Shown here: piece after piece, positions 1 to 9,732 of the stretch
How positions within the stretch are numbered: position 1 is the stretch's first letter
Layout: each line of letters starts with the position of its first letter
From: a virus
Lineage: Duplodnaviria; Caudoviricetes
Virus record (IMG/VR): IMGVR_UViG_3300028887_000075
Span: 32,001-96,000 of that record
Length of the DNA: 64,000 nucleotides
Reading direction: 5' to 3' (one strand)
The notes under the pieces: generated by a model
The model's input: only the letters and a program-made list of their open reading frames with translations
What the model was told of the DNA's origin: nothing
Databases searched by the model: none
Program-made: the position numbers and the translations under genes

Positions 1-1
1 G

Positions 2-157
2 ATTCCGCATGGATACGTCTTTGACGGCTACGGTTTCAAGGGGAACGGTCCCCGCGTAATGGACACGCACGACATCCGGGGCGACATCTCCAACTCCGAG
101 GGAATGGACGTGCCGAACATCTGGTTCAACAACTCAGACTGCGGCCAGAATTTCTGA
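2..157 (+). CDS. 3' end of a hypothetical protein (truncated by window start)
   Basis: Open frame from base 2 to TGA at 155-157, immediately followed by a promoter motif. Confidence 0.5.
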   Translation: MPHGYVFDGYGFKGNGPRVMDTHDIRGDISNSEGMDVPNIWFNNSDCGQNF

Positions 158-160
158 TAT

Positions 161-172
161 TTGCTATATTTG
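161..172 (+). promoter_or_regulatory. Class A promoter motif TTGCTATATTTG (first of 15 copies)
   Basis: Copies start at 161, 3927 (ends in C), 14346, 17478, 20164, 25238, 29379, 29466, 33703, 36598, 42812, 46929, 49595, 51412 and 51937, all on + and upstream of genes or RNAs; contains the Bacteroidota -7 element TAnnTTTG. Confidence 0.8.
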
Positions 173-188
173 GTACCGAGGTACATCT

Positions 189-1106
189 ATGCAATTATTG
201 TATGTCAGAGACCCGGAACAGATTGTCGGATATTCCGATACGGTATGGGACATTTGCCAGCGGGCGTATCGTCCTATAGGGGGGTTTAAAAGCCTTTCCC
301 GTAAGGAAGATATCGGAAAACGGGTCCAACTACTGAAACTTGTGCATACCGCAGATGCCGATGGCAATCCGGTGATAGGTGCCTGCGCCTTGTACCTGGA
401 CACCAATGAAGGATTCAAGGGAATCGGTTATGCCGGAAACAAGGGAATAACATCTGACTACAAGGAATGTCTCGAACTAATCATACAGGATGATATTGCC
501 GAGTTCACAGGCTGGTACTGGGTAGAAGCAAGCGGCGCAGTAGACAGTTATTTCATGAAGAATCACGGAATACTGATTCCGAACATATATGTATCTAGAT
601 TGCTGCACAGGGAAATGAGCCAGGAGGATTTATTGCCCGATGGCTTCTGGTATAAAGTCAGGCTAGGATTGTCTGACCCTGAAGTATATACAAAACGGTT
701 GTACGGTTTCCCGAACAAGGAAGCATATGACAGTATTATCTCCACATATTCTACACTGGATAACTTCACCAAGCTGACACAGGATGTTCTCCAAGGTAAA
801 ATCAAGGCAAGTGACCTACCTAAGTTGGAAAGTGAAGAACCGGTTCCGGTAGATAAGCTGAAAGGTGCATTGTGGTACATATTCAACCTGGATGAATGCT
901 GTGTTGCCAATGACTTGTACGAGGTTCCGCCTCTTTGGATTGCTCTTCTCAAGGAGTCGATGGACTTACTGTACAAGTACCATGATAGATACCACAGTAC
1001 ATCAATTAATAACATGATGCGAATCGGAGAAGACCTCACTAAACGGCTTACACCGCTAGCGTTCCACCCATTCGAGACGCATCCGGTTCCTCATATCGAC
1101 TTATAG
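189..1106 (+). CDS. Hypothetical phage protein
   Basis: 305-aa ORF behind a class A promoter and GAGG; no recognised motif. Confidence 0.7.
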   Translation: MQLLYVRDPEQIVGYSDTVWDICQRAYRPIGGFKSLSRKEDIGKRVQLLKLVHTADADGNPVIGACALYLDTNEGFKGIGYAGNKGITSDYKECLELIIQDDIAEFTGWYWVEASGAVDSYFMKNHGILIPNIYVSRLLHREMSQEDLLPDGFWYKVRLGLSDPEVYTKRLYGFPNKEAYDSIISTYSTLDNFTKLTQDVLQGKIKASDLPKLESEEPVPVDKLKGALWYIFNLDECCVANDLYEVPPLWIALLKESMDLLYKYHDRYHSTSINNMMRIGEDLTKRLTPLAFHPFETHPVPHIDL

Positions 1107-1110
1107 AAAA

Positions 1111-1138
1111 CCGGGGCAGCCAACCTGGCCGCCCCGGG
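1111..1138. terminator. GC-rich hairpin between convergent genes
   Basis: CCGGGGCAGCCA...TGGCCGCCCCGG imperfect inverted repeat. Confidence 0.55.
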
Positions 1139-1152
1139 AGAATCCTGCGCTT

Positions 1153-1563
1153 TTAATTGCCTTTAAATATCTTCCCGAACTGCGAGATGAAGTCGGCGGC
1201 GTTGGCCGCGTCAAGCTCGGGATACATGCTTTCGTTCACTTCAGGGGCAGGTCCTGAATACTCCTTCTTGAATTCCCCGTACGGGTCGCCGTCGATGTCG
1301 TACCCGTTCTCTCCCAGTCCATCCAGGAACAGAGTCTGGACATACCTGTCGAGTTCCGGGTCGTCCTCCACCGGTGGCGGCGCGTAGTACTTCGATGTGT
1401 TGAATCGGCTCATGCGGTCGAGCACGTCGTTGTGCCCGTAGACCGGGTTGTCCATCGCCATGCGGTTGAACCGGTCGATTGCGGACTCGGCCGGGAGGTC
1501 GTCAGTCCACCCGCGCCCGTCGACCATGACGAGACCGCCGATTTCGCCTACATCATCAGCCAT
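1153..1563 (-). CDS. Acidic hypothetical protein
   Basis: Start reassigned to MADDVGEIGG (1563), overlapping the upstream gene's stop. Confidence 0.6.
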   Translation of the reverse strand: MADDVGEIGGLVMVDGRGWTDDLPAESAIDRFNRMAMDNPVYGHNDVLDRMSRFNTSKYYAPPPVEDDPELDRYVQTLFLDGLGENGYDIDGDPYGEFKKEYSGPAPEVNESMYPELDAANAADFISQFGKIFKGN

Positions 1564-2221
1564 TGTCCACCTCTGCGTCCACGCGGACGAGCCTGCGGCG
1601 GCCGCTCGGGTCGCGTACGGTAAGCCTCGTCTGGAGGTCCGGTCCCACGTCGGCGACGAACTGCCCGTTCTCGCCAACCTCGTTCTGGATTTCCTCCATC
1701 GTGCGCCTAATCATGTACATCAGTTGCTCCCGGTTGCCAATCTGTACTAGCCCGTTGGCCGACTGGAAGGTGCCGTCGCCGTTGTCGGTGACATTGTTGA
1801 GAATCTGGGGCACGATGGAGCGTACGTTCTCGTTGACACCCATGTCGTCCATGATTCTTGTCATGCCCTGCTCGGTCTCGATGTCGGGAGCAGCAGCGTC
1901 TGCCTGGGGGATTTCCTGGGGCTCGTTCACGGGTGCCCCGTCGGGGAGCAGCCGGTTGGCACCGGGATACTGCACGTCCACCGGCTGTAGCCCCGGGAGG
2001 GCCCTGCGACCGGCGCGTGCCCTGCGTTCCTCGCCAATCATGCCGAGCAGCGTGTGCATCGCGCCCAGCATCTCCTGTTCAGCAGGGCGTTCTCCCTGCT
2101 GGCACCGGGAGATTACGTTGAAGACACCGGCGAGCGGGTTGTCGTTCCTTCCGTTGCCGCCGTATACGTCCTGCCGCCTGGTAATGTTGTTTCCTGGCAT
2201 CGTCGCCCCGTACTTATTCAC
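1556..2221 (-). CDS. Hypothetical protein, putative late/virion
   Basis: GTG start 6 nt after ATAAACT motif. Confidence 0.65.
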   Translation of the reverse strand: MNKYGATMPGNNITRRQDVYGGNGRNDNPLAGVFNVISRCQQGERPAEQEMLGAMHTLLGMIGEERRARAGRRALPGLQPVDVQYPGANRLLPDGAPVNEPQEIPQADAAAPDIETEQGMTRIMDDMGVNENVRSIVPQILNNVTDNGDGTFQSANGLVQIGNREQLMYMIRRTMEEIQNEVGENGQFVADVGPDLQTRLTVRDPSGRRRLVRVDAEVDNG

Positions 2222-2227
2222 TCCGGT

Positions 2228-2265
2228 AGTTTATGGGTGTTTGTTGGAAGCCACCGGGATAAACT
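2228..2265. promoter_or_regulatory. Divergent pair of class B (putative late) promoter motifs ATAAACT
   Basis: AGTTTAT 2228-2234 (-) and ATAAACT 2259-2265 (+); other copies at 9727-, 10934-, 12063+, 14332-, 31399+, 42801-, 48943+, 51399-, 51740+, 60389-, 62317+. Confidence 0.6.
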
Positions 2266-2285
2266 GTCATATGTCGGGTAATTAG

Positions 2286-2708
2286 ATGGCGAAAAAACAG
2301 GTAGTCAGGACTCTCTACGGCAGGAAGATTGCCGCCAGCGTGGCCAGCGAGGACACCAGAGGGCGCGACATAGCGTCCAGTATCGACCGTATTCCCGGAA
2401 AATATATTTCGGGCGCCACTGTCGACGGGGACCACCTCGTTCTTACCGAGGTCGACCAGTCCGGGAAGAATCCGACAACGAGTACCGTGGAGTTCACCGG
2501 TGGTGGAAACGTGAGGGCCGACTGGGCGGAAGACGACCCGGCAGCCGAATCATTTGTCCTCAACAAGCCGGACATCATAATTCCCCTCGCTAGCCCGGCT
2601 GCACAGGGAGGCTACGCCGCACCGCGCAACCTAGTCGTGGTGGACACGATGCCTGCATCGGCAGACATCGACCCGTATACCGTGTACCTTGTGAGGGAAT
2701 CTACCTGA
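2286..2708 (+). CDS. Putative tail/virion accessory protein
   Basis: ADWAEDDPAAESFVLNKP and C-terminal DPYTVYLV segments resemble tail-fibre-associated proteins. Confidence 0.55.
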   Translation: MAKKQVVRTLYGRKIAASVASEDTRGRDIASSIDRIPGKYISGATVDGDHLVLTEVDQSGKNPTTSTVEFTGGGNVRADWAEDDPAAESFVLNKPDIIIPLASPAAQGGYAAPRNLVVVDTMPASADIDPYTVYLVREST

Positions 2709-3901
2709 TGGCGGCAAGTATCGGTTCAGCCGGGATACGCGAGATTCGGTACGGCAATGCCCGTATAGCTAAGGTATACTACGGCAATGTCCTGATATAC
2801 GACCGTCCGTATATCAAGCTGAAGTTCTACTTCGACCGCACCAACATCAACCCGAGGGCGAAACTGGGAACCCGAGCCAAGAAATGCGGTGCGGAATGGC
2901 TGTCCTCATCCGACCCGCACATATGGTATGTCATAACTCCGCTGTATACGCAGGGCGCAGGAACGCACGACCAGCTGGTTGGCATAGGCAAGCTGTTCTG
3001 CGGCGACTCCAGTGACAACGGGCTCCTGCTGGCCTCCCAGCTCGGTACGTGCCAGGTAATGGAAATAACCGGAGACTATGACAGAATCCAGACCATCGAC
3101 CGTGTGTTCCAGAGGTGTACTTCCATCACTAGTGTAAGCACCAGCGGATTCTATTCAAAGTTCTCAGACAGTACAGCACTATTAAATGTCAATAGTGTAT
3201 GTTGCGAATGCACCGGTATAGCCGACGGCTCTTCCCTGGCCGGATATAACATACTCAGCCAGGTTGCTACGGTCAATACGCATGCCGCCACGTTCTCTCA
3301 GGCGGACACCCCGACCAACCTTGTCCAGATTCCTACCTCGTGGGGCGGAACACTCGCGCCTCCGGCCACTCTGCTGAGCTGTACAAAGGCCAATGCCGCC
3401 GGGTGGAATGTCAACACTGCGGACCCGGACTGCCCGGACTTCTCTACTGTATCTGCGCTGGAAGTATTTACCACCTCGAGCATATCGGCATATGCCGGGG
3501 TGAACATGAGGAAGAGCAACATATGGAACCGGGCGCATGGTCTGGCCGTATCTTCGGCCACATACTACTATCCGGCGTTCTTCCAGGGAACTGGTACCTG
3601 GCCTACCAGCGCTACACATACATATACCCCGACCTGGATATTCTGTCCTCCCGGTTACAACGGGATGCTGCCGGCAGGTACTGATACCGGCGACATGCCG
3701 GGAACATTGGACCACGAGCTGTACGGCACGTTCGGGTGCATATATGGAACCTACGATACTGCCAAGCCGGTATATTTCGGTTTCCTTGTCCTGAACGACC
3801 TGTCCGACCTTACCGGATTCAACCCGGCGACGAAGAAGTTCGGAATACACTCGAACACCAATTTCAAGGACATGGCAATCAACTGGTATCTGCCGGACTA
3901 G
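2708..3901 (+). CDS. Putative tail fibre/minor structural protein
   Basis: N-terminal IREIRYGNARIAKVYYGNVLIY typical of phage tail-associated proteins; Thr/Ser/Gly-rich; coupled to upstream gene. Confidence 0.55.
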   Translation: MAASIGSAGIREIRYGNARIAKVYYGNVLIYDRPYIKLKFYFDRTNINPRAKLGTRAKKCGAEWLSSSDPHIWYVITPLYTQGAGTHDQLVGIGKLFCGDSSDNGLLLASQLGTCQVMEITGDYDRIQTIDRVFQRCTSITSVSTSGFYSKFSDSTALLNVNSVCCECTGIADGSSLAGYNILSQVATVNTHAATFSQADTPTNLVQIPTSWGGTLAPPATLLSCTKANAAGWNVNTADPDCPDFSTVSALEVFTTSSISAYAGVNMRKSNIWNRAHGLAVSSATYYYPAFFQGTGTWPTSATHTYTPTWIFCPPGYNGMLPAGTDTGDMPGTLDHELYGTFGCIYGTYDTAKPVYFGFLVLNDLSDLTGFNPATKKFGIHSNTNFKDMAINWYLPD

Positions 3902-3942
3902 ACGACGGTCCACATTCCGGCATTTTTTGCTATATTTCCGGT

Positions 3943-4131
3943 ATGAGAAGAGTATACTGCATATTTACCGAGAACTGCTCCCGGAGAAGGGAGCTGGCAA
4001 CGGGCCGTGTCTACGCCGACCTGTCTACCGCTATCGCCGACCTGAAGAAACTGGTGGCCACCGGGAGGTACCCGGAGGCCGGAATCAGTCCCGTGGAAGT
4101 AGCCGGCGATGAACGGAATGATAGGTGTTGA
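3943..4131 (+). CDS. Small hypothetical protein, probably leaderless
   Basis: ATG 4 nt after class A motif at 3927-3938. Confidence 0.55.
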   Translation: MRRVYCIFTENCSRRRELATGRVYADLSTAIADLKKLVATGRYPEAGISPVEVAGDERNDRC

Positions 4132-4224
4132 AACCACCATAGCCAGCAACTTGAATCGTTGTGCATCGCGTCATGAATTTGGCGCGGGGTTCGTGCGCCT
4201 TGCGGCGCTCCGGTCCCGTTCGCT

Positions 4225-4244
4225 CTAGGCCCAGAAGGGCCTAG
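4225..4244. other. Perfect 8-bp stem / 4-nt loop hairpin just past the FISUMP stop (DGR-type cruciform candidate)
   Basis: CTAGGCCC-AGAA-GGGCCTAG, 7 nt beyond stop at 4252; second hairpin GCGCC-TTGC-GGCGC at 4195-4208. Confidence 0.55.
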
Positions 4245-4251
4245 GCTCACA

Positions 4252-4968
4252 TTAGGAATCCTTGACGAGCCGAACCGAGAAACCGGCGTTCTTGTAGTCC
4301 GTATCCTGGTACATCGTAGCACCCGTATCAAAGTTTCGGCGATAGGCACGACTACCACTCTCTGTAATAGTCCAAAAGTAAGCGTAAGAACCAACATTGA
4401 TGAAACTACCATAGTAGAGACCTGCGGGAAGAACTCCGAAACCGTAATCGTCAGTACCTCCCCAAGACGTAGCCCAACTGACATTTGCGGCCTTGAGTTT
4501 AGTTCCTGCCGTAGATGTCCCGCCGACTGCGTTGGCAAGTGCCGTCCACTCATCATTTGTCGGAACGTGCCAACCCGGACAGAGCGTAGCCCTGTTGTCA
4601 TTCAGAAACTTTACGGCGTACCAGTTGTACAGCAACCCGCATTTTCTAATGCCATCAATGCCATAGGTTGCTTCGTCATTATTGTAATACCAAGCGTTAG
4701 GAGTAGATGGTGTACCGCTACCACCGATATTGCAACCGCTGAACTTGTAGTCAAGATTTTCGGCAAGCCATTCAACTCCACCGATATTGACAGTCCTATA
4801 CGTCCTTCCGACAACAGACCCGCCGCCACCACCACTAATACTAGCAATAAGGTCGGGACAATCATCCAACGCACTCCCGGCAGGCACGTCAACGCCCTTG
4901 TCGCTTATTGCTTGCAATATATCGGACTTCACGCCCTGCAATCTTGTAATTTCGCTTGCAATGCTCAT
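4252..4968 (-). CDS. FISUMP (Fib_succ_major) domain protein, putative receptor-binding, candidate DGR target
   Basis: WLAENL, GLLYNW, CPGWHVPT, GFGVLPAG, YFWT and GFSVRLVKD motifs. Confidence 0.85.
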   Translation of the reverse strand: MSIASEITRLQGVKSDILQAISDKGVDVPAGSALDDCPDLIASISGGGGGSVVGRTYRTVNIGGVEWLAENLDYKFSGCNIGGSGTPSTPNAWYYNNDEATYGIDGIRKCGLLYNWYAVKFLNDNRATLCPGWHVPTNDEWTALANAVGGTSTAGTKLKAANVSWATSWGGTDDYGFGVLPAGLYYGSFINVGSYAYFWTITESGSRAYRRNFDTGATMYQDTDYKNAGFSVRLVKDS

Positions 4969-4977
4969 AGTTCCTCC

Positions 4978-5451
4978 TTACAGTGCAGCCAGCAGCGATT
5001 CCACGTTGCCGATTTCGTCTTCCACGCTCTTCTGTGTCCAGTGTGCCGCCGTCCAGTCCTCGGATGTGGAGATATCCGTGTTGGCCACGTAACGTAAACC
5101 TCCGTACATACAGGCAGTCCCTGTTGCGACCGGGAATGTCAGGTCGGCATAGTCAGGTGCTAATGCTGTAGCAAATGAAGCATCTGAACCGAGCACAATT
5201 CCTTGTTGATTATCTTGAACGAACTTTAATGGGCTATCAGAATCTACACCGATAGGCACTCCGTTAAGCCCTACGTTCACTGTTGTCTGGTCCTGAGATA
5301 CTTCGGATGTAAAGTAATCATCGTCAAATTGTAGATTCTTCGCCTCGTCTATTGCTTGACGAGCCTCTGTGTCCACCGGAACTAACAAATAGACATTTCC
5401 ATCTTTGTCAGTTACCCTAAATTTTTTCATATTTCCATTTGTAGTTGACAT
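4978..5451 (-). CDS. Tail-associated hypothetical protein
   Basis: C-terminal small carbohydrate-binding-like segment (YGGLRYVANTDI...WTAAHW); lies in tail module. Confidence 0.55.
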   Translation of the reverse strand: MSTTNGNMKKFRVTDKDGNVYLLVPVDTEARQAIDEAKNLQFDDDYFTSEVSQDQTTVNVGLNGVPIGVDSDSPLKFVQDNQQGIVLGSDASFATALAPDYADLTFPVATGTACMYGGLRYVANTDISTSEDWTAAHWTQKSVEDEIGNVESLLAAL

Positions 5452-5465
5452 ATAAATATAACCTC

Positions 5466-6197
5466 TTACTTATAATATTTATTAGTAGGAATTGTAAATG
5501 ATTGAAGGTTATTAGAAAAATCACCGTTACGAATTGATAAAAATTCCACATTAAACGTTGAAAAATAGCTAGCACTTTTAATATAAATCGACCCATTATA
5601 TATAATAGTTCCTAATTTAACTTTACATTGTAAAACACCATCTGCAAATCCATAAGCATACAGTTCATTTACATCAATTACTATCGCACAATGAACTTTA
5701 TTAGTATACCGGGTATTTGTTTTTATGTATATATTACTTGAATCTTGACCAAATACATAAGCATTATTGTATAAAGTATACCCTAGTCTATTATTACCGT
5801 AAATGCAAAACCTGGCACATTTATCGTTAGAATCATAGTCAAAAGCAGATATTCCTAAATCAACGTGTTGCCACCCACCGTAAATTCCAACCTGCATTTG
5901 TGAATACATTGTTTCTAATGTAATATAATCCATCTGCTCATAAGATATAGTCCCTGCACTATACGGATTATTTAATATACTAGAATCATCAACTCTTATA
6001 GCCTTACTTCCTGTAAACGCATAAGAATCTACAAGACTAACACACTTTACTTGGCCTGATAAATTAGGCCCTACTTTACTCTTAATGAGAAGTCCATCAG
6101 TACTAAGATTATCACAATTATTTAAAAACAAAAAGTCGGAACCCCACTTGCACAGGTAACTGCTTCCGCCAATTTTCACTTTCAATAAATCGCTCAT
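5466..6197 (-). CDS. Low-GC beta-rich protein (LamG/concanavalin-like?)
   Basis: Start reassigned to MSDLLKVKIGG; HCAIV...FADGVLQ pattern; AT-rich. Confidence 0.5.
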   Translation of the reverse strand: MSDLLKVKIGGSSYLCKWGSDFLFLNNCDNLSTDGLLIKSKVGPNLSGQVKCVSLVDSYAFTGSKAIRVDDSSILNNPYSAGTISYEQMDYITLETMYSQMQVGIYGGWQHVDLGISAFDYDSNDKCARFCIYGNNRLGYTLYNNAYVFGQDSSNIYIKTNTRYTNKVHCAIVIDVNELYAYGFADGVLQCKVKLGTIIYNGSIYIKSASYFSTFNVEFLSIRNGDFSNNLQSFTIPTNKYYK

Positions 6198-6211
6198 ATC
6201 GTTACCTGCCT

Positions 6212-6850
6212 TTATTCTAAGGACTTTACGAGACGGATGTACGTACAATCTGTTTTAGCATAATATGATTCGGAATTCATACTGCTAGGCCCAAATACTA
6301 ATCTATAATAGTAGTTCGTTCCAACCTTAGGTGTCATCTCAGCAAAACCAGCAAAGGTTCCAAATGAATCAAAAACATTATTGTAATGATTCCCACTAGG
6401 TATCACACAGAATCCATAATCATCAGTTCCATTCCATCCAGATGGCCAATTCGATGTTATTGAATTATCCAATGCCTTTAGTTTAGAAGCAAGCCCTTCG
6501 GTTATCGTTATCAAGATTTCATACTCATCCTTCGTAGGCACATGCCATCCGTCTGGTAGTAACGTTAACTTGTTATCCTCTAGGTACTTTGCAGCATACC
6601 AGTTATATAGCAAACCGCATTTATACGTCCCATCAATTCCGTAGTCAGTCTCATTATTGTTATAGTACCAAGCTGCTGGAGTAGTCGGAGGACCCCATTG
6701 CCCGAGGGGAATCTGACTGCCATTTACATCAAACTTGTAGTCCAGATTCTCAGCCATCCACAACTGATTACCTATTTTTACAGCCGGGTACCTGCGTCCA
6801 CCTATCTTTATAGAATATCTCTTTTCAAATTTTAATAATGAGCCAGACAT
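6212..6850 (-). CDS. FISUMP domain protein
   Basis: VKIGNQLWMAENL, GLLYNW, PDGWHVPT, IRLVK. Confidence 0.85.
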   Translation of the reverse strand: MSGSLLKFEKRYSIKIGGRRYPAVKIGNQLWMAENLDYKFDVNGSQIPLGQWGPPTTPAAWYYNNNETDYGIDGTYKCGLLYNWYAAKYLEDNKLTLLPDGWHVPTKDEYEILITITEGLASKLKALDNSITSNWPSGWNGTDDYGFCVIPSGNHYNNVFDSFGTFAGFAEMTPKVGTNYYYRLVFGPSSMNSESYYAKTDCTYIRLVKSLE

Positions 6851-6868
6851 AAATCAATATCCTGTACT

Positions 6869-7489
6869 TTAAATATATTTGCACAAACGTAAAGAACACC
6901 CCGGTTTTCCATTATTCGGGGCGTTGTTGTAGGCACTTGAACTTGTTATAACTAGTTGCGTATCTGGTGTCTCATACATCCAAAATCTACATTGTGAACC
7001 CACATTGTAAAAATTGCCGTCATCGCCACGGAATCCAGCAGGGACGGCATTAAATAGCAATTGGTTTGTACCATTCCAACCGCTTATATCTTCTTTCTTC
7101 CATTTGTTCGGGTTGCTATAAAGGCCATTATCATACAATGTTCTTAAATTGTTCCAAATACTAGCGTAAGTTGCTACAGTCCATCCATCACTTAATTCAT
7201 TATTGATTATTGGAATTGCAAATTTATTATAAAGTAATCCGTATTTTTTTCCATTCCATCCAAACTCACTTTCATTGTTATTTGGATACCATGCCGCAGG
7301 AGTTGTCGGAACACCAGCAACACCAATATATACACCACTAGGAGCAAAATCAAGATTTAGAGTTGTAAATAAAATACCTCCGTATTGATTATAAGGATAC
7401 TTTTTACCGCCTACATCAACTGCTCCTAATGCTTTTTCATAATCAATTTGTTTAACAATAGTTCCATACTGAGAATATAATACAGACAT
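6869..7489 (-). CDS. Divergent FISUMP domain protein
   Basis: YGLLYN, FNAVPAGFR, RFW, SLRLCK. Confidence 0.7.
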   Translation of the reverse strand: MSVLYSQYGTIVKQIDYEKALGAVDVGGKKYPYNQYGGILFTTLNLDFAPSGVYIGVAGVPTTPAAWYPNNNESEFGWNGKKYGLLYNKFAIPIINNELSDGWTVATYASIWNNLRTLYDNGLYSNPNKWKKEDISGWNGTNQLLFNAVPAGFRGDDGNFYNVGSQCRFWMYETPDTQLVITSSSAYNNAPNNGKPGCSLRLCKYI

Positions 7490-9054
7490 TAGTTACCTCC
7501 ATTGTTCACTTGAGGACTAAAATCAAGATGCAATTCTTCATTCACGGAATCATAACTTACAGTAACTGAACTAACATCGCCCCAAGTGCCGTCGCCTCGT
7601 AAGGCCTTGCTGGAATCTCCCGGTGTAGCAGCAGGTACCAACCCGGCCGTTGACCCGGCAAATACGGGAGCCTTGGTCGTTAGGTCATTGTAGCTCCCGG
7701 TTGTAGCCACGGTTGCCAGGGTAGCAAGCTTCTCCACCATCGAGTCGGTCATCAGGCCACCCGTGTAGGTCGGCTCGGAAGGAACCGGGGTGTCCTTTAC
7801 GAGACGTATGGACATACCGTATGCATCTGAGTCGTAATCTTCGTCTATGCCGGTTCGGTCATCGAGATAGTAGTAGTAACTGTTCTTTACACCATTGATA
7901 GTGCCATAAGATGTGGATGTCCAGAAGTATGCGTAACTATCTCGTCCAGTAAATTCCTTATAGTTACTGGTATATACCGCGGCATAACCAGACGGAAGCG
8001 CCTTAAATTCATATGTGTCGTCTCCGTTCCAACCGGAAGGCCAGTTGCTGGTAACGGACTTGTTCTTGGCTTTTATGCTCGTGCCTGCGTTACCGGTAAT
8101 CGACTTACGTAACGCCGCCCATTCTTCCCTGCTGGGAACGTGCCAACCGGGACATATGGTAGCCCTGTTGTCATTTATGTATTGCGCAGCCTTCCAGTTA
8201 TACAGTAGGCCACACTTGTAAGTTCCGTCTATACCGTAATCTGCCTCGTCGTTGTCATAGTACTGCGCGCGCGGAAGCGAGTAGTCGGAAGTTAGGTTCA
8301 GGTAGAGACCCTGCCACTTGTAGTCGAGGTTCTCCGCCAGCCATTCCTTGCCGTCTGGCATTGTGACCGTCTTGTACGTATGGCTACCTATGGTGACCTC
8401 GTGTACTGGGATATCTACTTCGGCATACGGGATGGTAACGGTCTTGTTGACCGGGACAAGTTCGTCCTCCCCGGCATTGACATGCTCGATAACATTGACT
8501 TGCGCACCCGAAGCTATATTGTCAAGCTTCGACTTGTCGCTCCCGGACATCGCCCCGTTCACCCCGGAAGCTGCCAGGGGAATCGTCACGGTGGTCCCGG
8601 ACTTCAGGTTCTCGCCTGAGCCTATCCTTACGGACTGCACGGCGGAATCGGCGGCGGCTCCCTGCGAGGAGGATGCGTAGTCCGAGTGCTTGTGACCCGA
8701 GTCGGTAAGGTTCCCGTTGCTGTCAAGACCGGCGAAGTTGCCGGACGTAGCCCCCGATACCTTCTCGGCATATCCGCTAAGGTCGAGCGAGGTGTCCCCT
8801 ATACATTCCCACTCGCCTTCCTCGCCCTCGGGTTCTGACCAAATCCATTCCTTGTATATGTCGGAACCGGTCGTGCCCGAAACGGCGACCAGGTAGATTA
8901 TGTTGGTCTTCGGGCTGTCTACGTCCGGATGGTTGTCGGCCCCGGCCGGGTCAGCCGTCTGGAAAGACTGGAACTTCCCTATTTCAACCTTCAGGCGGCG
9001 GAAAAGTTCCTTGGCGCCCTCCTTACCTACGAATACCTTCTGTTCAGACATCAT
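7489..9054 (-). CDS. Tail fibre protein with internal FISUMP domain
   Basis: Fibre repeats (GAMSGSDKSKLD, GGLMTDSMVEKL, ATTGSYNDL, ALRGDGTW) flanking WLAENL...CPGWHVPS...SIRLVKD. Confidence 0.8.
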   Translation of the reverse strand: MMSEQKVFVGKEGAKELFRRLKVEIGKFQSFQTADPAGADNHPDVDSPKTNIIYLVAVSGTTGSDIYKEWIWSEPEGEEGEWECIGDTSLDLSGYAEKVSGATSGNFAGLDSNGNLTDSGHKHSDYASSSQGAAADSAVQSVRIGSGENLKSGTTVTIPLAASGVNGAMSGSDKSKLDNIASGAQVNVIEHVNAGEDELVPVNKTVTIPYAEVDIPVHEVTIGSHTYKTVTMPDGKEWLAENLDYKWQGLYLNLTSDYSLPRAQYYDNDEADYGIDGTYKCGLLYNWKAAQYINDNRATICPGWHVPSREEWAALRKSITGNAGTSIKAKNKSVTSNWPSGWNGDDTYEFKALPSGYAAVYTSNYKEFTGRDSYAYFWTSTSYGTINGVKNSYYYYLDDRTGIDEDYDSDAYGMSIRLVKDTPVPSEPTYTGGLMTDSMVEKLATLATVATTGSYNDLTTKAPVFAGSTAGLVPAATPGDSSKALRGDGTWGDVSSVTVSYDSVNEELHLDFSPQVNNGGN

Positions 9055-9719
9055 TCAACCTCGTCTAGCCATGCGTCCATCTCGAGCGCGGTGCATTCCC
9101 TTGCCGCGTCTACTTCTCCCCAGGTGCCGTCTCCCTTGAGGAATTTGTCCTGGTCACCTGCCGATGGTGCTGGTACAGCACCGGGCTTCCCGTCCTTGTT
9201 CGCGGTAGCCCCGGTGAAGTCGTACACGCCGAGCGGGCTGCCCGGGCGGCCGTCTCCATAGAGGACGTCAACGGATTCCTCGTCTATCACAACGGGGAAC
9301 TGGACAGCGCTTACCGTGTAGTTGGAACCCTCGTCGGTAACTTCCTTGCTGACCTTGACGTGGTCTCCCGGAAGCACCTCGGTCTTGTCCGCGTCGGTCG
9401 ACACGGTGTACTTCCACACGAGGTCGTCCTTCTCGACCTCCAGCTCGATGTTCCTCCCGGCGACGAGCTCGACATCGGGCGGGTTCCTGTAAATCCTGGG
9501 AGGGCACGTGCCTTCCGGTTCCGGCTCCGGGTCTGGCGCCGGGCCCGGCGGGCAGCATCCGGGACCTGCCGGTACCCACGGGCCCATACCGCGGTGCATC
9601 GGGGCGCCCCCGTACATCATGTAGTCGAACTGGTCGGGGTAGGTCCTCGACGGGATGTACTCGCTCGGCCCCTTCTGCGGGGGAGGCGGTGGAGTCTGGC
9701 AGTTGCACGGCTTTTTCAT
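9051..9719 (-). CDS. Pro/Cys-rich tail-associated protein
   Basis: Start reassigned to MKKPCNCQ, 7 nt after ATAAACT; GAVPAP..GDQDKFLKGDGTW fibre motif shared with the downstream gene. Confidence 0.65.
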   Translation of the reverse strand: MKKPCNCQTPPPPPQKGPSEYIPSRTYPDQFDYMMYGGAPMHRGMGPWVPAGPGCCPPGPAPDPEPEPEGTCPPRIYRNPPDVELVAGRNIELEVEKDDLVWKYTVSTDADKTEVLPGDHVKVSKEVTDEGSNYTVSAVQFPVVIDEESVDVLYGDGRPGSPLGVYDFTGATANKDGKPGAVPAPSAGDQDKFLKGDGTWGEVDAARECTALEMDAWLDEVE

Positions 9720-9732
9720 AACCGTGAGTTTA

